Shown: positions 1-12,871 of the stretch, piece by piece | Numbering within the stretch: position 1 is the stretch's first letter | Layout of the letters: every line of letters starts with the position of its first letter | Origin: Octopus sinensis | Taxonomy: Eukaryota | DNA length: 64,000 nucleotides | Assembly: GCF_006345805.1 (NCBI RefSeq) | Contig: NC_043020.1 | Coordinates: 24,118,001-24,182,000, forward strand | Direction: 5' to 3' | Made by a program: the position numbers and the translations under genes | Notes under the pieces: model-generated | Told to the model about the DNA's origin: nothing | Seen by the model: only the letters and a program-made list of their open reading frames with translations | Database searches by the model: none

Positions 1-20
1 TATATGTGTATGTATGTATA

Positions 21-75
<55 letters not shown>

Positions 76-193
76 GTATAAGTGTGTATATATTTATATA
101 AATGTGTTTATGATTCGTTTGTTTCACCTTTTTTTCTTATTCTACATTATAAACTTTATTTCCTCAATAAATATATACATAATCATCACGCAC

Positions 194-225
<32 letters not shown>

Positions 226-1276
226 GCACACACACATATACACATATACATACATATATACACATACACACACAAAGAGTAGCAGGTATTTGATTATATC
301 TTTAACAAATACTCTTTAGGTGGAATCTGCCAATTCCTAAGAGCTACCAATAATAAAGGAGCCTATATTTAGCCATAGAAAATTCGTTGGTGTTTGTATA
401 ACTCGTTAGTTTAAATGGCACGGCTTAGCTTAAACCTTTGCTTGTGGGCGTTGATTGCAAAATTGGCAACTTGCTACGACCTTCTGTAAAATGTAATAAA
501 ATAATGTGTAAAAACAAAACAAAAAATATATTAACCTAAAAATCCTTATTGTTAATCGCCTCTATTAGATTTATGGTTCGTTATCAAAGATACAAAATGG
601 CCGACATCTCTGACGAAACAGAGTTGGTGTGGGGGTAGCTGGTTTGGCAGAAAAAAAGGAAGAGCAGAAGAGTTGCTTCTATTCCGTTGCAGGCTATATA
701 GCTCTTACACCCATCCAGCCCCAGCACTGTTACATCGTGGCCCCTTTTTGGAATAAACTCATATTAGATTTGTTTTGTTTGTTCCACTTGCTCTCTGTTT
801 GTAAATTGGTTAATAAGAATTAGAGAATCGATGGCAAGAAACAGAGAAAGACAGAGAGGGAGAGAGGAGACTGGAAGAGTAGAATATAAAATGTTAGGGA
901 GAGATTAGATAAAGAGAAGGAGACTGATTAATAACTGGCCGAATCGATCGGGAATGGTTTTGTATCATCAGACAAGCGCTGATAATACACTTATTCGTAA
1001 AGTGTTAAGGTATCTGCAATGCTTTCATAGCGGAGACACTAAGGTCGCATCGCCTCGGGTCATTTGACCTTACTTGGATACCACACGGGAATATAAGGCA
1101 AACTGTGGGGAACGGCATTGCTCTATACATTCAAAAATATTCGTTTCACATACATAGAGTTCCTACTTCGATTTCGATCCCGTTGCGTTGCTTCAGATTT
1201 CGGGCGTTTGATTGGAATTTGATAGCCACAAAACCCTTTATTACATATCTGTGTCTCATATATATATATATATATA

Positions 1277-1315
<39 letters not shown>

Positions 1316-1534
1316 AACAGTTCGATTCAATTTCCGTGGTACTTCAAGTTTCAAAGCCTGAAATGTATTGCGTGCCTTCCTTCGTTGGTTCACCCGTGTA
1401 TGTATGTAGTATGTATGATGTATGTATGTATGTATGTATGTATGTATGTATGTATGTATGCATGTATGTATGTATGTATGTATGCATGTATGTATGCATG
1501 TATGTATGTATGCATGTATGTATGTATGTATGTA

Positions 1535-1572
<38 letters not shown>

Positions 1573-1639
1573 AATTCAGGGTGAGTACTTGATAATTGTA
1601 AGCACCTGTATATACCGTTTGACGGTGTAGGTGGTGGAG

Positions 1640-1963
1640 TAAATTAATCAAAATGAAAACATGATGCCAAGGATTCAGCGGTACATATGTTTCGTCCATC
1701 TCGTCCATCTCTCAATGTAGAGAGAAGGACGAGATGGACGCTTCATTTTTATGCTGTTGCCGCATTATGTCGTACGCGAATGAGAGGATTTGCATCCGAA
1801 ACGTAGAATTTTTGATGTAATACATGTCCTTGAGGTAGTAGTTGTGCGCGGCTGAAGAAGGCCATAGACACACATTATGCATTGTTATAAATCCGTCTAA
1901 TAAAGGCCCGAAACATATGTACCGCTGAATCCTTGGCATCATGTTTTCATTTTGATTAATTTA
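1640..1963. repeat. Element bounded by a perfect 55-bp inverted repeat (1640-1694 / 1909-1963), Penelope-like terminus candidate
   Basis: Left arm taaattaatc...gtacatatgtttcg is the exact reverse complement of cgaaacatatgtac...gattaattta. Internal 14-bp IR at 1693-1706/1727-1740. Lies between (TA)n tracts. Confidence 0.8.
1848..1925 (+). ncRNA. Minimal type-I hammerhead ribozyme motif
   Basis: Stem I GCGG(1848-51)/CCGC(1922-25); core CTGAAGA (1852-58); stem II GGCC/GGCC with inner TAGAC/GTCTA; GAAA (1910-13); palindromic stem III ACATATGT (1913-20); GUA cleavage triplet. An A/C opposition sits at the base of stem II. Confidence 0.7.
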
Positions 1964-1973
1964 TATATATATA

Positions 1974-2015
<42 letters not shown>

Positions 2016-2020
<5 letters not shown>

Positions 2021-2246
2021 CTTTACTACCCACAAGGGGCTAAACACAGAGGGGACAAACAAGGACAGACAAAGGGATTAAGTCCACTACATCGACCCCA
2101 GTGCGTAACTGGTACTTAATTTATCGACCCCGAAAGGATGAAAGGCAAAGTCGACCTCGGCGGAATTTGAACTCGGAACGTAACGACAGACGAAATACGG
2201 CTACGAATCTCGCCCGGCGTGCTAACGTTTCTACCAGCTCGCCGCC
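2016..2246 (-). mobile_element. tRNA-derived SINE family A (Meta-domain-like core)
   Basis: Sense strand has A-box-like TGGTAGAAACG, B-box GAGTTCAAATTCC and core gcctttcatcctttcggggtcgataaattaagtaccag. Repeated many times in the window. Confidence 0.85.
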
Positions 2247-2534
2247 TTTTTTTTTTTTTTTTTTTTGGAGCAACGTGAAATAAAGTGTCTTGCTCAAGAA
2301 CACAACACGCAGCCCGGTCCGGGATTCGAGCTCACAACCTCACGATCGTAAGCTCGATGCTCTAACCACTGAGCCATGCGCCTTCACAATAATATATTAT
2401 ATATATATATATTATATATATATATATATAGATATATATATATAATATATATATATATTATTATATATATTATATAATATATATATATAATATATATATA
2501 TATAATATATATATATATAATATATTATATATAT

Positions 2535-2577
<43 letters not shown>

Positions 2578-2601
2578 TATATATATATATATATATATAT
2601 C

Positions 2602-2642
<41 letters not shown>

Positions 2643-3798
2643 CACGTGTGTGGGTGTGTGTGTGTGTGTGTGTGTGTGTACATTGGAACTTATGCAAATA
2701 TTGTATTGAATTTATTTCCATTCCTTATTTCCTGATATTTCAAAACTTATGAATGGGGGAAATGTTTGTGCAGTGTTTTGACAATACATGCAGGTCAAAA
2801 TTTCTCACCCTTACTATATTAAATGCCTGACTCTACAGTTACATAATCAGTAGGATTAATCTGTCCCTCCGTCTACACATTTGCAAACCCATGCTCAGAT
2901 ACATACGTAAACGTTATTCTTGGTGGTATATGACGAGTAGAATGCGATTCTGTAAGAATGACAAAATTTAACCTTGAAGACCAGATAGAATCAAATGTAC
3001 AACGTCTATACTGCCCCAAAAATCGATCAAGTGTTCTTAACGGAGTCATCACTATATTGCAGCAGACACTATCTGCCAGGCTATTGGACAGAGCTTGATG
3101 AAATGTCAACCTCTATCCAACCATTATATCACTCATCCTTCCAACAATCTCCATTTCATAGCCAGAAACATGTGAAAGCTTTCTCTTCTGACCCCATCTT
3201 CTTAATGCGCATAATATTATGTGCCTCGCACTCGTGACGCTCATTGTCCCGTTATTAAGGGACGAAATACTAACTGCCAATTACTCACGTAGAGTAACGT
3301 GCATCGGGGCTTCTGGTCGTTGCAGCAGCAATCCTTCGCTAAAAGTCTACAGTATGTTGAAGGTTTTACATCTTTTACTATTGGAGTTCTTGGTGCTGGA
3401 AGTGTTTCTTAAACATATATCTATCCTTCTTTAACGAACAGAAATTCAATGATATGTATTCCGTGAATGGATATCTAATTTTGTTTGGGGTTTCACACGA
3501 ATAACGTATTCTAGGCAAACACTAATGTGCCCTCATTGATTTTTGATTAGTAGATCAGACATATGATAGGTGGCACAATTTGAGATGGCACAAATGACAG
3601 GAACGGCTGCTGCCCTCGGTTTATTTGTTATGATTTACTTGGTCCTGCGCCAAGATGACGATGTGGTCAGTCTTAGCTTTCTTGTTTTGTGTTGTTTTAA
3701 CCGTTTAGACACAATTCTACATGTAGTGATAACATGAGGGAAATATCCACCAACCTCTCATCTGTTCACAAATGAATATACACATAAATAGGCATACA

Positions 3799-3866
<68 letters not shown>

Positions 3867-3894
3867 GCACATATACGTATGTACATATATGATT

Positions 3895-4223
3895 GATTGG
3901 AGCACTCCGTCGGTGGCGACGACGAGGGTCCCAACTGATACGATCAACGGAACAGCTTGCTCATGAAATTAACGTGTAAGTGGCTGAGCACTCCACAAAC
4001 ACGTGTACTCTTAACGTAGTTCTTGGGGAGGTTCAGCGTGACACGGTGTGTGACAAGGTTGGCCCTTTGAAATACAGGTACTACTCATTTTTGCCAGCTG
4101 AGTTGACAGGAGCAACATGAAATAAAGTATTTTGCTCAAGGACACAACGCGGAGCCAGGAATTGAACTCTCAACCTTACGATCATGAGCTGAATGTTCCT
4201 AACCACTAAGCCACGCGCCTTCA
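3895..4223 (-). mobile_element. tRNA-derived SINE family C, near full length
   Basis: Sense head tgaaggcgcgtggcttagtggttagg, B-box gagttcaattcc, then tgtgtccttgagcaaaatactt. Partial copies at 2267-2388(-), about 29885-30035(-) and about 20408-20600(+). Confidence 0.8.
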
Positions 4224-4283
4224 TATATAACACATGCAATTTCCCTTAGTTTGAATGCTTATAGCATTGTTGCGCCTTTATTG

Positions 4284-4335
<52 letters not shown>

Positions 4336-4839
4336 ACGGTGATGATTTTTACTTAGGCTGTTTTTACTTCAATTTCGTTAAGGTGGGGGTGCATATAATG
4401 ATGATTGAAATTACTATGATGATGATGATAATGATGATTCTCCTGAAGACATATGTTGAATGTTACAACGCTATATCGATGTTTCTGCTGCTGCTAAGGA
4501 TAACGATGACGACAAAAAATGGACACTTTGTCGATGGTGATGACGATCGCACTCAGAAACAATATTTTCCGTTTGCAATAATTATCGGATTTTCATAGTG
4601 TTTTCCTCTTCAACTTGACCGAAACAGCCTTCTTGTTGCTCTTCTTTCGAATTAATTAGCTTCTGTGTGGGCAGCAGCTGTTAGTGTGACATGTGTTATC
4701 TCAAAATGTGCTGCCCGTCATGTGTCAAACGTCTCGCTGATAAAATTTCAGTTTTTCGAAGATTTCATATTGTCTCTCATATCTCGCAGAGGTGTAAATA
4801 CATAAGGTTAAAAAAAATTAAGTGAATAATTTAATAATA

Positions 4840-5034
4840 GGTGCAGGAGTGTCTGTGTGGTAAGTAGCTTGTTTACCGACCACATGGTTCCGGGTTCAGT
4901 CCCATTCGTGGCATCTTGGGCAAGTGTCTTCTACTATAGCCTCGGGCTGACCAAAGCCTTGTGAATAGATTTGGTAGACGGAAACTGAAAGTCCGTCGTA
5001 TATATGTATACATATATATATGTATATATATATG

Positions 5035-5097
<63 letters not shown>

Positions 5098-5289
5098 TTG
5101 TGTGTTTGTGTTTGCCCTCCCCCCACCAACATCGCTTGACAACCGATGCTGATTCGGCAAAAGAGATCGATAGAATAAGTACGAGGCTTACAAAAAATAA
5201 GTCCTGGAGTCGATTTCCTCGATTATAGGCGGTGCTCCAGCAGGGCCGCAGTCAGATGACTGAAACAAGTAAAAGGGAGTAAAGAGTAA
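4840..5289 (+). mobile_element. tRNA-derived CORE-like SINE family B with internal (TA)n(TG)n
   Basis: Head ggagtgtctgtgtggtaag, B-box-like ggttcagtccc, CORE-like tcttgggcaagtgtctt, internal microsatellite, tail ending tgactgaaacaagtaaaag. Other copies at about 19530-19769(-), 23290-23520(-), 30045-30390(-), 51778-52115(+), 55445-55605(-), 59440-59804(+). Confidence 0.8.
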
Positions 5290-5296
5290 TCTCAAC

Positions 5297-5566
5297 TTTC
5301 TACTCGAGGAACAAGGCCTGAAATTCTGGAGGAGGAAGCTTGTCGATTACATGGCCCCGGTGCTCAAATGGTAAACTTTTCCTCGACCTGGAAAGGATGA
5401 AAAGGCGAAGTCGACCTCGGCGGAATTGGAAATCGGAATGTTTTAGATAAGAAGGAATGCCACTAAGTATTTTGTCGGGCGTGTTAACGATTCGGCCAAA
5501 TAATAATTGCGATAATTAATGTAACCTGCGGTAAAAACAAATTATATTTATAGCAATAGAATTTTA

Positions 5567-5642
<76 letters not shown>

Positions 5643-6662
5643 GAAGAAGAAGAAGAAGAAGAACAACAACAACAACAACAACAACAACAACGGTTTCAAA
5701 TTTTGGCACAAGGTTGGCAAATTCGGGGAGGAAGTAAGTCGATTACATCGACCGCAGTATTCAACTGGTACTTATTTTCTTGATCTGAAAAGGATGAAAG
5801 GCAAAGTCGACATCGACGGAATTTGAACTCAGGACATAAAGACGGACAAAATGTCGCTAAGCATTTCACCCGCTGTCCTAATGATTCTCTCAGCTCACCG
5901 CCCGAATAATAATAATACTTTTTACTATACGTACAAAGCCTGAAATTTTGGGGGAGGGTACAATTCGATTACATCGACCCTGATGTTTCACTGGTACTTA
6001 ATTTATGAAAAGCAAAGTCGACTTCGGCGGAATTTGAACTCAGAACGTATCGACGGGCGAAATACTTATTTCTTTACTATCCACAAGGGGTTAAATACAA
6101 AGAGGACAAAAGAATTAAGTCGATTATATCGACCCTAGTGCGTAACTGGTACTTATAAAATTGACCCCGAAAAGATGAAAGGCTAAGTCAACCTCGGCGG
6201 AATTTGAACCCAGAACGAATCGACGGGTTAAATACCTATTTCATTACTACCCACAAGAGGCTAAACACAGAGAGGACAAACAAGGACACACAAACGGATT
6301 AAGTTGATTACATCGACCCCAGTGCGTAAGTGGTACTTATAAAATCAACCCCGAAAGGATGAAAAGCAAAGTCGACCTCGGCGGAATTTGAACTCAGAAC
6401 GTAGCGGCAGACGAAATACTGCTAAGCATTTCGCCCGGCGCCACCTTAACAGCATCCATCACCAACACCTATTTCTTTACTACCCACGCGGATTAAGTCG
6501 ATTATATCGACCCCAGTGCGTAACTGGTACTTAATTTATCGACTCCGAAAGGATGAAAGGCAAAGTCAACCTCGGCGGAATTGGAACTCAGAACGTAACG
6601 GCAGACGAAATACGGCTACGCATTTCGCCTGGCGTGCTAACGATTCTGCCAGCTCGCTGCCT
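5297..6662 (-). mobile_element. Cluster of about six SINE family A units, including a head-to-tail trimer (about 5916-6447)
   Basis: Repeated gtcgattacatcgacc..aaaggatgaaaggcaaagtcgacctcggcggaatttgaactc blocks. Internal junctions at about 6058-6065 and 6228-6236. Confidence 0.85.
5563..5690. repeat. Compound trinucleotide repeat (TAA)n(AAG)n(AAC)n
   Basis: Direct reading. Other trinucleotide tracts: (ACT)n 4284-4335, (TCA)n 37500-37635, (TAA)n 61662-61770. Confidence 0.95.
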
Positions 6663-8518
6663 TCATCCATCTCCAACACCACAACATGAAGAACCTCAAT
6701 AATAATAAAATTTGATATTTAAATATAAATACAAATTCATGGAGTTTCTGATCGTCTGCATTTTCATTAAATGGGATCAATTATCAAATTGTATTTTCTT
6801 TCCTTCCATATTTATTTATCATTCACTTTCTCTCTCTCTCCCCCTCTCTTTCTCTGTCCATCTCTCTCTCTCCCTGTCCCTCTCCCCACCTCATTTTCTC
6901 CTAATTTTTTTCTCAATTGCTTCCTTTACAAATGTTTTGCTAAATTAACTTAAAATACGGCATATTTTTTCGTTACCTTCTAAAATAGCAAGACAAGGCA
7001 GAAAATAAATGGAAAGCACACACATTCTCTCTCCCCCCTCTCTCTCTTGCTCTCTCTCTCTCTCTCTTTCTCTCTCTAGCTCTCTCTCTCTCTCTCTAGC
7101 TCTCCCTTTCTCTCTCTCTACCTCTCTCTCCTCCTCTCTCTCTCTATCGCACACACAAATATTCTCAGACAGAAATATGTGAAACCAGTAGCAAAAATTA
7201 TGCTTATAAAACAAAAAATAATACAACAAACAAGGACAAATGCAGCAGCAACAACAACAACAACAACAACAAAAATAAGATCGAAATAAAATACATCAAA
7301 TAAAAACTTTAACCTAAATTGCAAACAATTAGAACAAATAAAGACGGCGTGTCTCTGTTTCTCTCACACTGTATGTGAGTGTGTACACACACACGCACAC
7401 GCACACGCACGCGCACGTGCACACACTTGCATACACACACGCGCACACACACTTGCATAGAGACTGAGAAATAAAATTACAGAAGAAAAAATGTTGCAGG
7501 AATAATTATTTCTGTTGAGCTTTAATATTTCTCTTTTTTTTATTCAGATTTCAAACACAACGACTGAATGATTGGGCTGAGATGTGCAGAGGTTCGACTC
7601 TGGCTCGGAAATCATAACTCACTAAGGTTTCATTAACATTACACACACACACACACACAGTAATATGGCTAGGACTTCGAAGTACAAGGGATGGTTTTTG
7701 ACTTTTAAACTTGAATATCCTTTCTACAGTATACACACACACAATACCTAAAATTTGGTGGGAGGCGGAAATTCGGATATATTGACCCCAGAACTCAACC
7801 AGTATTTTATCGACCCCGAAAGGATGAAAGGCAAGGTCTACCTCAGCGGAATTTGAAGTTAGAACGTAAAGACGGACGAAATGCCTCGCAGACTCACACG
7901 TGTACATATGTAACAGTATAACACGATTTTTACCCCCGGGTAGCAACAGTTATTTCCTGGTTCCTTAACTCTAGGAAGTATGAAAAATGGCTTATATTTC
8001 CTTCAAATAATGCTTTTGTTCTAACCCCAAAGAATCCCTCTCAAAACATGACTAAGATACTCTCCCACTGCTTATGATCAGTGATGTATATATTGTCAGC
8101 CACTGAGGGCCATGCTCAAGCGGTTAGAGTGAACTAACTGACTGGCAAATCTGTGGTATTAAGGAGCAGAATATTTGCTATAATGACATTTCTGCTTCAG
8201 CAACTCAGCACTGAAACTGTCTGAAATGTAATGGGAAATAGATCAGTTTTAAAGCATTGATGTGCAGGTCATAGAAGGAAAGTTTGAATGGAGTTGTAGT
8301 GATTTCCTTTGATTTCTAAGCAAATACGAAATAACACTTACTGACCAAAAACAAAGAAGGAAAGAAGACACAAAATTTCGTAACCCAGTGCAATCTCATT
8401 TATGTATATAAACGCATACATGTATGTACGTGTGTATATGCCCATATGTAAACTCACAAATGTATATATGTATACGGGCGCACATATTTAAAAATCAATA
8501 TATTCATACACACACACA

Positions 8519-8945
8519 CGAGGGGGTGTTCATTACAGATTTCCCCTGACCCCTTTCCGGTAATTGCAGGAAACGGAACTTGTACAACTATAATTGTGCA
8601 TGTCTTTACATGACACATTGTAACTTGCAGCATTCCACTAGTATTCGTTTGTCTTTTACGGTTGTTGTAATGGAGGCAGTTGAATGCAGACCGGTGATCA
8701 GGTTGTTATACTTGAAACGTCATACACCAAAAGAGACTTTCGAGGAGATGAAAGAAGTTGATGGTGACGATGCACCACCATACACCGTAGTGAAGCAAGG
8801 GCATCGCCAACTCAAATGTAGTCGGACATCGGTGGAAAGTGCTCCTGTTCCTGGATGACCACATTCCGCCACTGATGACGACACAACCCATAAAGTGGAA
8901 GCCGCCATTTTGGAGGATCGCCACATAACTATTCGGCATATTTGT
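8519..8945 (+). mobile_element. mariner transposon 5' fragment (TIR plus N-terminal HTH pseudogene)
   Basis: Starts CGAGGGG (mariner-type TIR). ATG at 8670 gives MEAVECRPVIRLLYLKRHTPKETFEEMKEVDGDDAPPYTVVKQGHRQLKCSRTSVESAPVPG*PHSATDDDTTHKVEAAILEDRHITIR, the mariner HTH/SGRP region with an internal stop. Confidence 0.85.
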
Positions 8946-9624
8946 TCATATCTGGCAAAATGAACAGTCCATCATCACGATAGAGACCTAATCCTGTTGA
9001 GCATTTTCCGAGGTATATGTAACTCGTACAGACCCATGCATTCACAATCCTCAGCCTATTCGAACCTTGACTTTGCTAAATATTTTCTGGTTCCTACTTT
9101 TATCCAAAGAGGAATGTCGTAAAACAGTGAAGCTTTTCATGTGTTCCTTCTTTCAGTCGTCTGAACAATCGGAAACGTGAAACATCAGCTTCCCAACTGA
9201 AGATTATTTAATATCCAACAATATATTCACGCTCTACATAATATTCTCCGCTATTTTCCTGCTTTGCGTCCTATTTTTATCGTCTTTCAATCCAAATGTT
9301 TCACTTACCCGGGACGCATATATTTGTCATTCAAATCTCGATCAACGAACCCTAAGTTATGCACACACACTAATCTATGGAATGAGGATTATATAGAAAT
9401 ACGTAAATAGGTTAATGCTTACATAAAAAAATAAATACACACATAGGCTTACATATAAAAACGCGTCTATATAACAACGCCTACGCAAGTATTCACACAC
9501 ACATGTGTGTTGGACACGGGCTGCTGCACTTCAACCTAAATCACGACTACACAACTGAATTCGGCAGTATTTTAAATGCCAAGGTTGTGTGTGGTGTATG
9601 TATTTATATTACACACACCACACA

Positions 9625-9627
<3 letters not shown>

Positions 9628-9656
<29 letters not shown>

Positions 9657-9807
9657 CATATATATAATAGAATTACACATATATATACGTATATATATAT
9701 ACATATATATAAATATACATAATATATAGACATATATATATATTTATATTATATACACACCATATATATATACATATACATATATATATATAGATATATA
9801 TATATAT

Positions 9808-9851
<44 letters not shown>

Positions 9852-10110
9852 GTATAAATATACATATATATACACATATATATATACAGATATCTATATA
9901 ATATATATACATACATATATATATACATATATATACATATATATATACATATATTATACATATATATATATACTTATATATATATACATATATATAATAT
10001 ATATACTTATATATATAAATATCTACATATATATACATATATATATAATATATACATACGTATATATCTATATATATATATATATATATTATAATATATA
10101 TATATATACG

Positions 10111-10152
<42 letters not shown>
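9628..10152. repeat. Long compound (TA)n/(CA)n microsatellite
   Basis: Direct reading. Similar tracts at about 1-275, 2390-2680, 13355-13820, 35990-36785, 38035-38400, 42890-43735, 54650-55445. Confidence 0.95.
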
Positions 10153-10154
<2 letters not shown>

Positions 10155-10709
10155 TACATACACAACACACACGCCCAACAACCTGCATGCCATATGTGGA
10201 TTTTAGGTATGTGTGTGCACGCGCGTGTCTTTCTCGTTTTGCTACAGTATTATTTTCAACTATATCTATTTTGTTTTTACACGTTGTATATAAGTTTCAC
10301 CATATTTATGTACACACAAATATCTATCGTATATAAATATGAACGTAGTGTATACAGGCACACACACACACACACACGCACGCACGCACACACTCGCACA
10401 CCTTTTCCTAGCCACCCAGCTCGGTCCACTACGTCAAATATCTAATGCTAGAAATCTTTCTGAAAAAAATCTAAATCCTCGCTGAGAAGTCTCTCCTCTC
10501 GATTATCTCAGTGTTTTAAACTTACGTAAATATGGCAACGATCAACTTCAAGCTGGCTATGAGGTTTTCACCTCCATCCTCCACTCTGAAAAGTTCTATT
10601 TGTTTTGTATTTTTAAAACATACTTCAAAAATTTTTTTATTTATTATATATTGGCTTTTTCTCACTCAAGTTTCCCAATATTCTACACCATAGCTGTTTT
10701 CACTCCACG

Positions 10710-10891
10710 CCAGGCAAAAATGCTTTGCGGTATTTCATTCGTATACACGGTTTGTGTTTTAATTCTACTGAGGTTGACTTTGCCTTCCATCCTTCGGGAT
10801 ACGATAAAATAAGTACCAGTGGAGTACTGGAGTCGATGTAATCGACTTAACTGTTCCACCGAAATTACTGGCATTGTGGAAAATTGGAAAC
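10710..10891 (+). mobile_element. SINE family A, diverged copy ending in (TTA)n
   Basis: gttgactttgccttccatccttcgggatacgataaaataagtaccag core; tail aaattggaaacc followed by attattatt. Confidence 0.7.
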
Positions 10892-10902
10892 CATTATTAT
10901 TG

Positions 10903-10961
<59 letters not shown>

Positions 10962-10968
10962 TATTATG

Positions 10969-11190
10969 ACTCCGGTTCGGTCATACTCCTTGTAGGATTT
11001 ATGAAGGTATTAGGGTACTACTTGTAATCTTAGATATCCACTAGCTTTCAAGTTCCTAGAAACCTTCTGAGAATCTTTTCTGTTCCTAAGAGCCAACTCT
11101 TTGTAGAAGCTCTGCAGGATATTCTGTTCCAATCTCCTTCAAATATTTATCTAAATCCTTGCCTACAGTTCCCAATGTACCAGTTATTAC
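10969..11190 (-). mobile_element. 3' remnant of an R4/Dong-like (restriction-like endonuclease) non-LTR retrotransposon
   Basis: Minus: VITGTLGTVGKDLDKYLKEIGTEYPAELLQRV-[frameshift]-LLGTEKILRRFLGT*, matching the C-terminal IG.LG...LQK..LLGTA.ILR.VL motif. The 3' end runs into (TAA)n at 10890-10968. Confidence 0.7.
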
Positions 11191-11560
11191 CTCCGCTTTA
11201 GCGAAGGCAGAAGTATTGTTTTTCAGTGGTGTTTGTTTGTTTATTTGTTTGTCCATGAACAAGATATCTCAAGAACCGATGGACGGATTCGGATGAAAGT
11301 TTCTGGGATGTTTGGCATCGTGACTGGCACGAATTGATTAGATTTGGGGATCGATTCGGTACCGGACAAGGATTCTGGATTATTTTCCCTGTTTTTTAAT
11401 TAATTTTTGAGAGAGGTCGGGTTCATTTATAGCATTCTCGTTTGTGAGAGCAGTTGAGTTTATTTCAGATATTCTCATTTTAAAAATCATCTCTGGTTAA
11501 TAGTTGTGAGAAGGTTGGTGTTGCCTTGGCGGAGGTTTGCGTTTTCTGAGTGCTCTTGTT
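11186..11560 (+). mobile_element. Helentron-associated non-autonomous element (HINE/DINE-1-like)
   Basis: Subterminal IR CCTCCGC (11190-96) / GCGGAGG (11529-35), a (TTTG)n tract near the 5' end, and a short terminal hairpin-like tail. A second 3' fragment lies at 24130-24212. Confidence 0.65.
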
Positions 11561-11739
11561 GCATCCTCTCCATGTTTTAATTCTAATTATTTTTTTTTCT
11601 AAATTCCAAAATATGGCGCTGGCTATTTTCGACAGGAAACGGGAAATTAAATGTTCGAAGTGCAACTACGACATCCACTTTTCACTGTTAATGAGTTCAG
11701 CAAAAAACCACACCACCACCACACTTTGGTCTTGTTCTT

Positions 11740-12040
11740 CATGATAATGTTGGACTTGATAATGTTGCAGCTAATGATAATGTGGCACTTCATGATAATA
11801 CTGCATTTAATGATAGTGTTGCACTTTGGTAATGTTGCACATTGATAATATTGCGCTTTGACAATGTTTCACTTATATAACAACGATGCACTTTGGTAAT
11901 GTTTGATAATGATGAACGTTGAGTGTTGCACATTGATATTTCAGTTTGATAATGTTGCACATTGATAACGTTGCATTTTGCTAGTGTTGCACTTTATGAT
12001 AGTGTTGCTCTTCTTGATAATGTTACGCTTGTGGTAACGT
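11740..12040. repeat. Degenerate 15-18-bp minisatellite (tgataatgttgcact)
   Basis: More than 15 imperfect units of variable length. Confidence 0.8.
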
Positions 12041-12699
12041 TAATAGTTGTTCTTGTGGTTTTTGTGGAGGTTATTTTTAACAGCTGGTATTTAGCCCAAG
12101 GTCAACCTTGGTAAATACAATCCTGCCATGACTGTCTCCACTTATTTAACTCATAGTGAATCTACATCTACTTCATCTAGTGTTTGCTTGTTTTTTTTTC
12201 TTCTTTTAAACTTTATCCGTCTTTCATTTTTCTCATTTATTGTGCTTCGAGGCTGATTTGACTGCTATTACTTACACAAGCAGTCACCACTTTGGAACGA
12301 TAGGTAAAGTGTCAGCTTGCACGTGATTGGGCGAGAATGTCCGAGAGTAAACGTGGAAGTGAAAGCTTAAAGGTATATAGCATCATACACACACATGCAC
12401 GCACATACATGTGTATGTATGTGCGTACATATGTACATTGGTATGTATGTATGTGTTTGTACATACACACACACACACGTTCTGTGTGCGTTAACAACCT
12501 GTCCTCTATATTTGTGCGTGTGCCTATTAATGACCGGAATGATAGATGGCAATAACGATATCATGTATGGAGATAATGACAGCAAGCATGTAATATCAGA
12601 TATCGGTTCCAGTCGAAATATTGGCAATCACCTGAGAATGTTTAGTTCCATCTCATTTTTCCAACATTGGTGCTTCCAACAGTTAATGGCATGGATAGA

Positions 12700-12739
<40 letters not shown>

Positions 12740-12823
12740 GTTTCCATATGCCGATATGTATCACCTAATGATGATAAAATGTATTCCTACATACATTATA
12801 ATACTATATATATATATATATAT

Positions 12824-12871
<48 letters not shown>

